64,000 nt of DNA from Macrostomum lignano (lineage: Eukaryota). Below the pieces are notes generated by a model. It was not told the origin of the DNA. It saw nothing but the letters and a program-made list of their open reading frames with translations, and did not search any database. Of this stretch, positions 61,251 to 64,000 are shown piece after piece (within the stretch, counting starts at the first letter, position 1; the number at the start of each line of letters is the position of its first letter). Made by a program: the position numbers and the translations under genes. Where the stretch lies: contig NIVC01000164.1 of NCBI GenBank assembly GCA_002269645.1, positions 62,001-126,000 of the forward strand, given 5' to 3'.

Positions 61251-61392
61251 CTAACTCTTTACCCACTAACAGCTGACGCTTTCTCATTGTACAATTTTCA
61301 TCCGCAGACCTACATGCAGTGCGTTTCATCTTGTACATACTCATCCGCGATCAACTGACTCATAGGGACTCCATCTTCCGCGGGGGGACTGT

Positions 61393-61785
61393 TGTAGTGA
61401 CCTTCGCGAAAGTTCTATACCGTATGATGTTTACTTCCAGAAATTTCTGCAATACAGTACGAGTTAAATTCTAGAAAATTCTTTATCTAGCTATTTGTAA
61501 TCTCGTAGTAAATATTTCTACTCAATAATTATTTATTTACTGTAATTCATCATCATACAAAATATGAATACCGTACGTACGATACTTACTATACAGTTTG
61601 TTTTACCGCACTAAAATGATTCTAGAAATTTCCGGAAGGACAAATTATAGTATAAATATACAGTAGCTAAACCAGCATCTGCTCCAAGCCTCTTTGGATA
61701 TTCGAGAAACTCAAGTACCAAACAAAGAAGCAAACAAGGGCGAACCACCGCCTAGCTCTACCTTTTTCATTTCACAGCCGCTACA
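61393..61785 (+). promoter_or_regulatory. 3' LTR (393 bp) with four perfect heat-shock elements and a TATA box
   Basis: TG..CA termini. HSEs at 61403-61415, 61435-61447, 61469-61481 and 61620-61637; TATAAATA at 61651-61658. Confidence 0.85.
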
Positions 61786-62049
61786 ATATATTTGCTTGCC
61801 TAGATTAGAAAAGTTGGACATTTTTTGGAAACATTACTTATATCAAAATGGCAGTTGTATCTATTATAATGTATGAGCTTCTAATGTAAGGGCACATTTG
61901 CCATATAAGCATATATAATAGTACCATCACTTTTATTTTTGGCAATAATAAGATTGCCACTGTTTCCAATATCAAATAGATTCTATATGAAGGATATAGC
62001 CACCTTCTGTGTCTTTTAGTATGAACTCATTCACAAAAAAGTATGAACT

Positions 62050-62230
62050 GAGCACAAAAGGATCCTAGTCATTTTGTCAATTGGCGTTTTGTCAACTGGC
62101 TATTTCGTCAACTCGGTTTTATCACTGGTTGTTTTGTCAACTAGCCAATGAAATGATCTCAAACCTCGGTCACTTTGTCAACTGGCCAACAGGGAGTTTC
62201 CCAACATTGGTCACTTTGTCAACTGCCAAT
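62050..62230. repeat. Degenerate short tandem repeat (TTTTGTCAACTGGC), MITE-like
   Basis: About 6 imperfect units. Confidence 0.55.
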
Positions 62231-62678
62231 AAACTAGGCCTACCCCCACAGCCACAAAAAAGTAAAACTGAACCCTTTATCTCATTTTTGCATAGCATCA
62301 TTATTAGCAATGGTTTCTTAATAAACTGATAGTGATAGATTAGAATATATGGCCCTATGGGAATAAATTGGCATAAACATTAAAAAGATTATTGCCAAAT
62401 ATATCCTATAGGCCCTAGCCATGATAATTGTGGCTTTTGGAATTGGGATTGCTTATACTTTGACAATAGTTATATAGTACTATGATAAACAAAGAGTTTA
62501 GTCCTTACAATAGGGACTCTAGTGAGATTTTGATATTTATTTGCTAATTTAGGCATATAAAAATCATTGTATATTAAAGCTACTCATATTAATTTTGTAT
62601 TAATAATGTTTTGGAATTTACCTTGCTGCTAACTGTCTCATGGATTTAAGTTGAAGGCCATAGCATTGCTAATTAGAA

Positions 62679-62897
62679 ATGAAAGTGACTGTCAGTTTTG
62701 GTGGCAACACTAAACTAGTGGTGCCATGTGGCAATGGCGATTTAACAATACGCGACCTGATCGACAAGGCGTGCGCCAGACTGCAGTCTAGTGGATGGGG
62801 CCACAGCATCAGTGTGGTCTGCATTATGCTGGCTAGGGATGGTGGCATTCTTGACTGGAATGACCGAGTGGCTGATGTGCTTGACGACAGAGAGATG
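62679..62897 (+). CDS. PARD3: Par-3/Bazooka first coding exon (N-terminal oligomerisation domain); gene continues beyond the window
   Basis: MKVTVSFG..KLVVPCG.G.L.I..LI..A..R....DGGILDW.D.VADV.DDRE matches the Par-3 CR1 domain; phase-0 donor GTGAGC at 62898. Confidence 0.9.
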
Positions 62898-62989
62898 GTG
62901 AGCTGCGGCCTCTGCTTCTCAATTGAATGCAGCACCTTTAATTTGGAATTGTTTTCATGATTTAAGAATTTTAGTAATTAACTGGCCCC

Positions 62990-63030
62990 TCACTCTCTGT
63001 CTCCCCGCTCCCTCTCTCCCAGCTCCCCCT

Positions 63031-63109
<79 letters not shown>

Positions 63110-63183
63110 CTCTTTCTCTTTCTCTGCTCTCCCTCTTTCCCTGCGCTCCCTCTCTCCCTGCTCTCTCTCCCTCTTTCTCTGCT

Positions 63184-63234
<51 letters not shown>

Positions 63235-63295
63235 TCTCCCCGCTCTTCTATCCCCGCTCTCCCTCTCCCTGCTTATGCGAGCTCATCTCCTATCT
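62990..63295. repeat. CT-rich / (CT)n low-complexity tract in Par-3 intron
   Basis: Directly visible. Confidence 0.92.
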
Positions 63296-64000
63296 AATAA
63301 TTGCTTATTCACTTGATAAACGCATTATTGCCTTCTGCCTCATACTACTGTTTGCTATTTTTAACACCGCCCTCACTTCATGCGTACACGCACACGCTGC
63401 TATTACACACTTGTGTGAAAGTTATTTACAGTTTCGACATTACACCAGCTTTATGTATCAAATATTGTACGTAACACAGAGGCAAAGGTTGGCCTGAACT
63501 GTTGCAAACTCTGTCGCCAGTATTGATAGGTGTCAATTTTGAAACTCTGACTAAAATAATTAGGTAATGTATATTTTTAGGTTTTAGTTTTAATCTATCT
63601 ACTGAAAGACAACAGTAATTGTTTTTGTTAAAAATTACTCTTAGCTAAGCTCGTGTTGTCATCAATAGTTTTGGTGTTATTTAAAAATTGTTACATTTTG
63701 CTTGCGTGCACTAGAAGCTAAAGCTATACTTGGCTTTTAGATATTTTGGCAGTAGAAAATTGCATGCAAAATTAAAAAAAGACAGCTGCACAGTTTTTGA
63801 GTTACATTCTTCACAGTCTGTGCTGCCTGCCTCTGTTCTGGGCCTTTTCTTCTCTCATGCTGATTAAATTCTGCAGTCAGCTGGAATAGGGTCGATAGTG
63901 CTTTTTCTTATGCGTAGCTAATTGGTAAATAATGTCAGCCTTATTTCTAATGCAATTTAGCAGCTTCTTAATGCCATTGTTAGTCGCCCGTCTGTTTTTA

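Larger units (their letters stand above)
56987..61785 (+). mobile_element. Ty3/gypsy LTR retrotransposon with intact gag-pol, a 3' LTR, and no 5' LTR
   Basis: PBS-like TGGTCCGGTGAG at 56987, gag, pol, PPT GCGGGGGGAC at about 61380-61389, and LTR TGTAGTGAC...GCCGCTACA. Confidence 0.92.

Overview
Eukaryotic (animal) genomic DNA with GT-AG introns, AT-rich intergenic DNA and GC-rich exons. The overall style suggests a free-living invertebrate, possibly a macrostomid flatworm, but this is inference only. I reconstructed these genes by hand from splice sites: two tandem intronless stonustoxin/verrucotoxin-like pore-former genes (each with one frameshift); a DUF4508/C14orf119-like ORF; HDAC11 (5 exons, minus) with a nested antisense 3-exon GT32 glycosyltransferase; a secreted PAN/Apple-GH45 endoglucanase followed by a stand-alone paralogue of its PAN/Apple domain; DCTN4 (5 exons, minus); a 9-exon ceramide-kinase-like gene with degenerate catalytic motifs and a nested orphan ORF; and the first coding exon of Par-3. 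Mobile DNA includes a coding-intact Ty3/gypsy element with no 5' LTR and a 3' LTR holding four perfect heat-shock elements, two tRNA-derived SINE families, Tc1 and piggyBac relics, and a 1.8-kb two-copy promoter-like repeat rich in Pbx-Hox and Meis motifs. Many micro- and minisatellites fill the introns. No database searches were run; family calls rest on recognised motifs.
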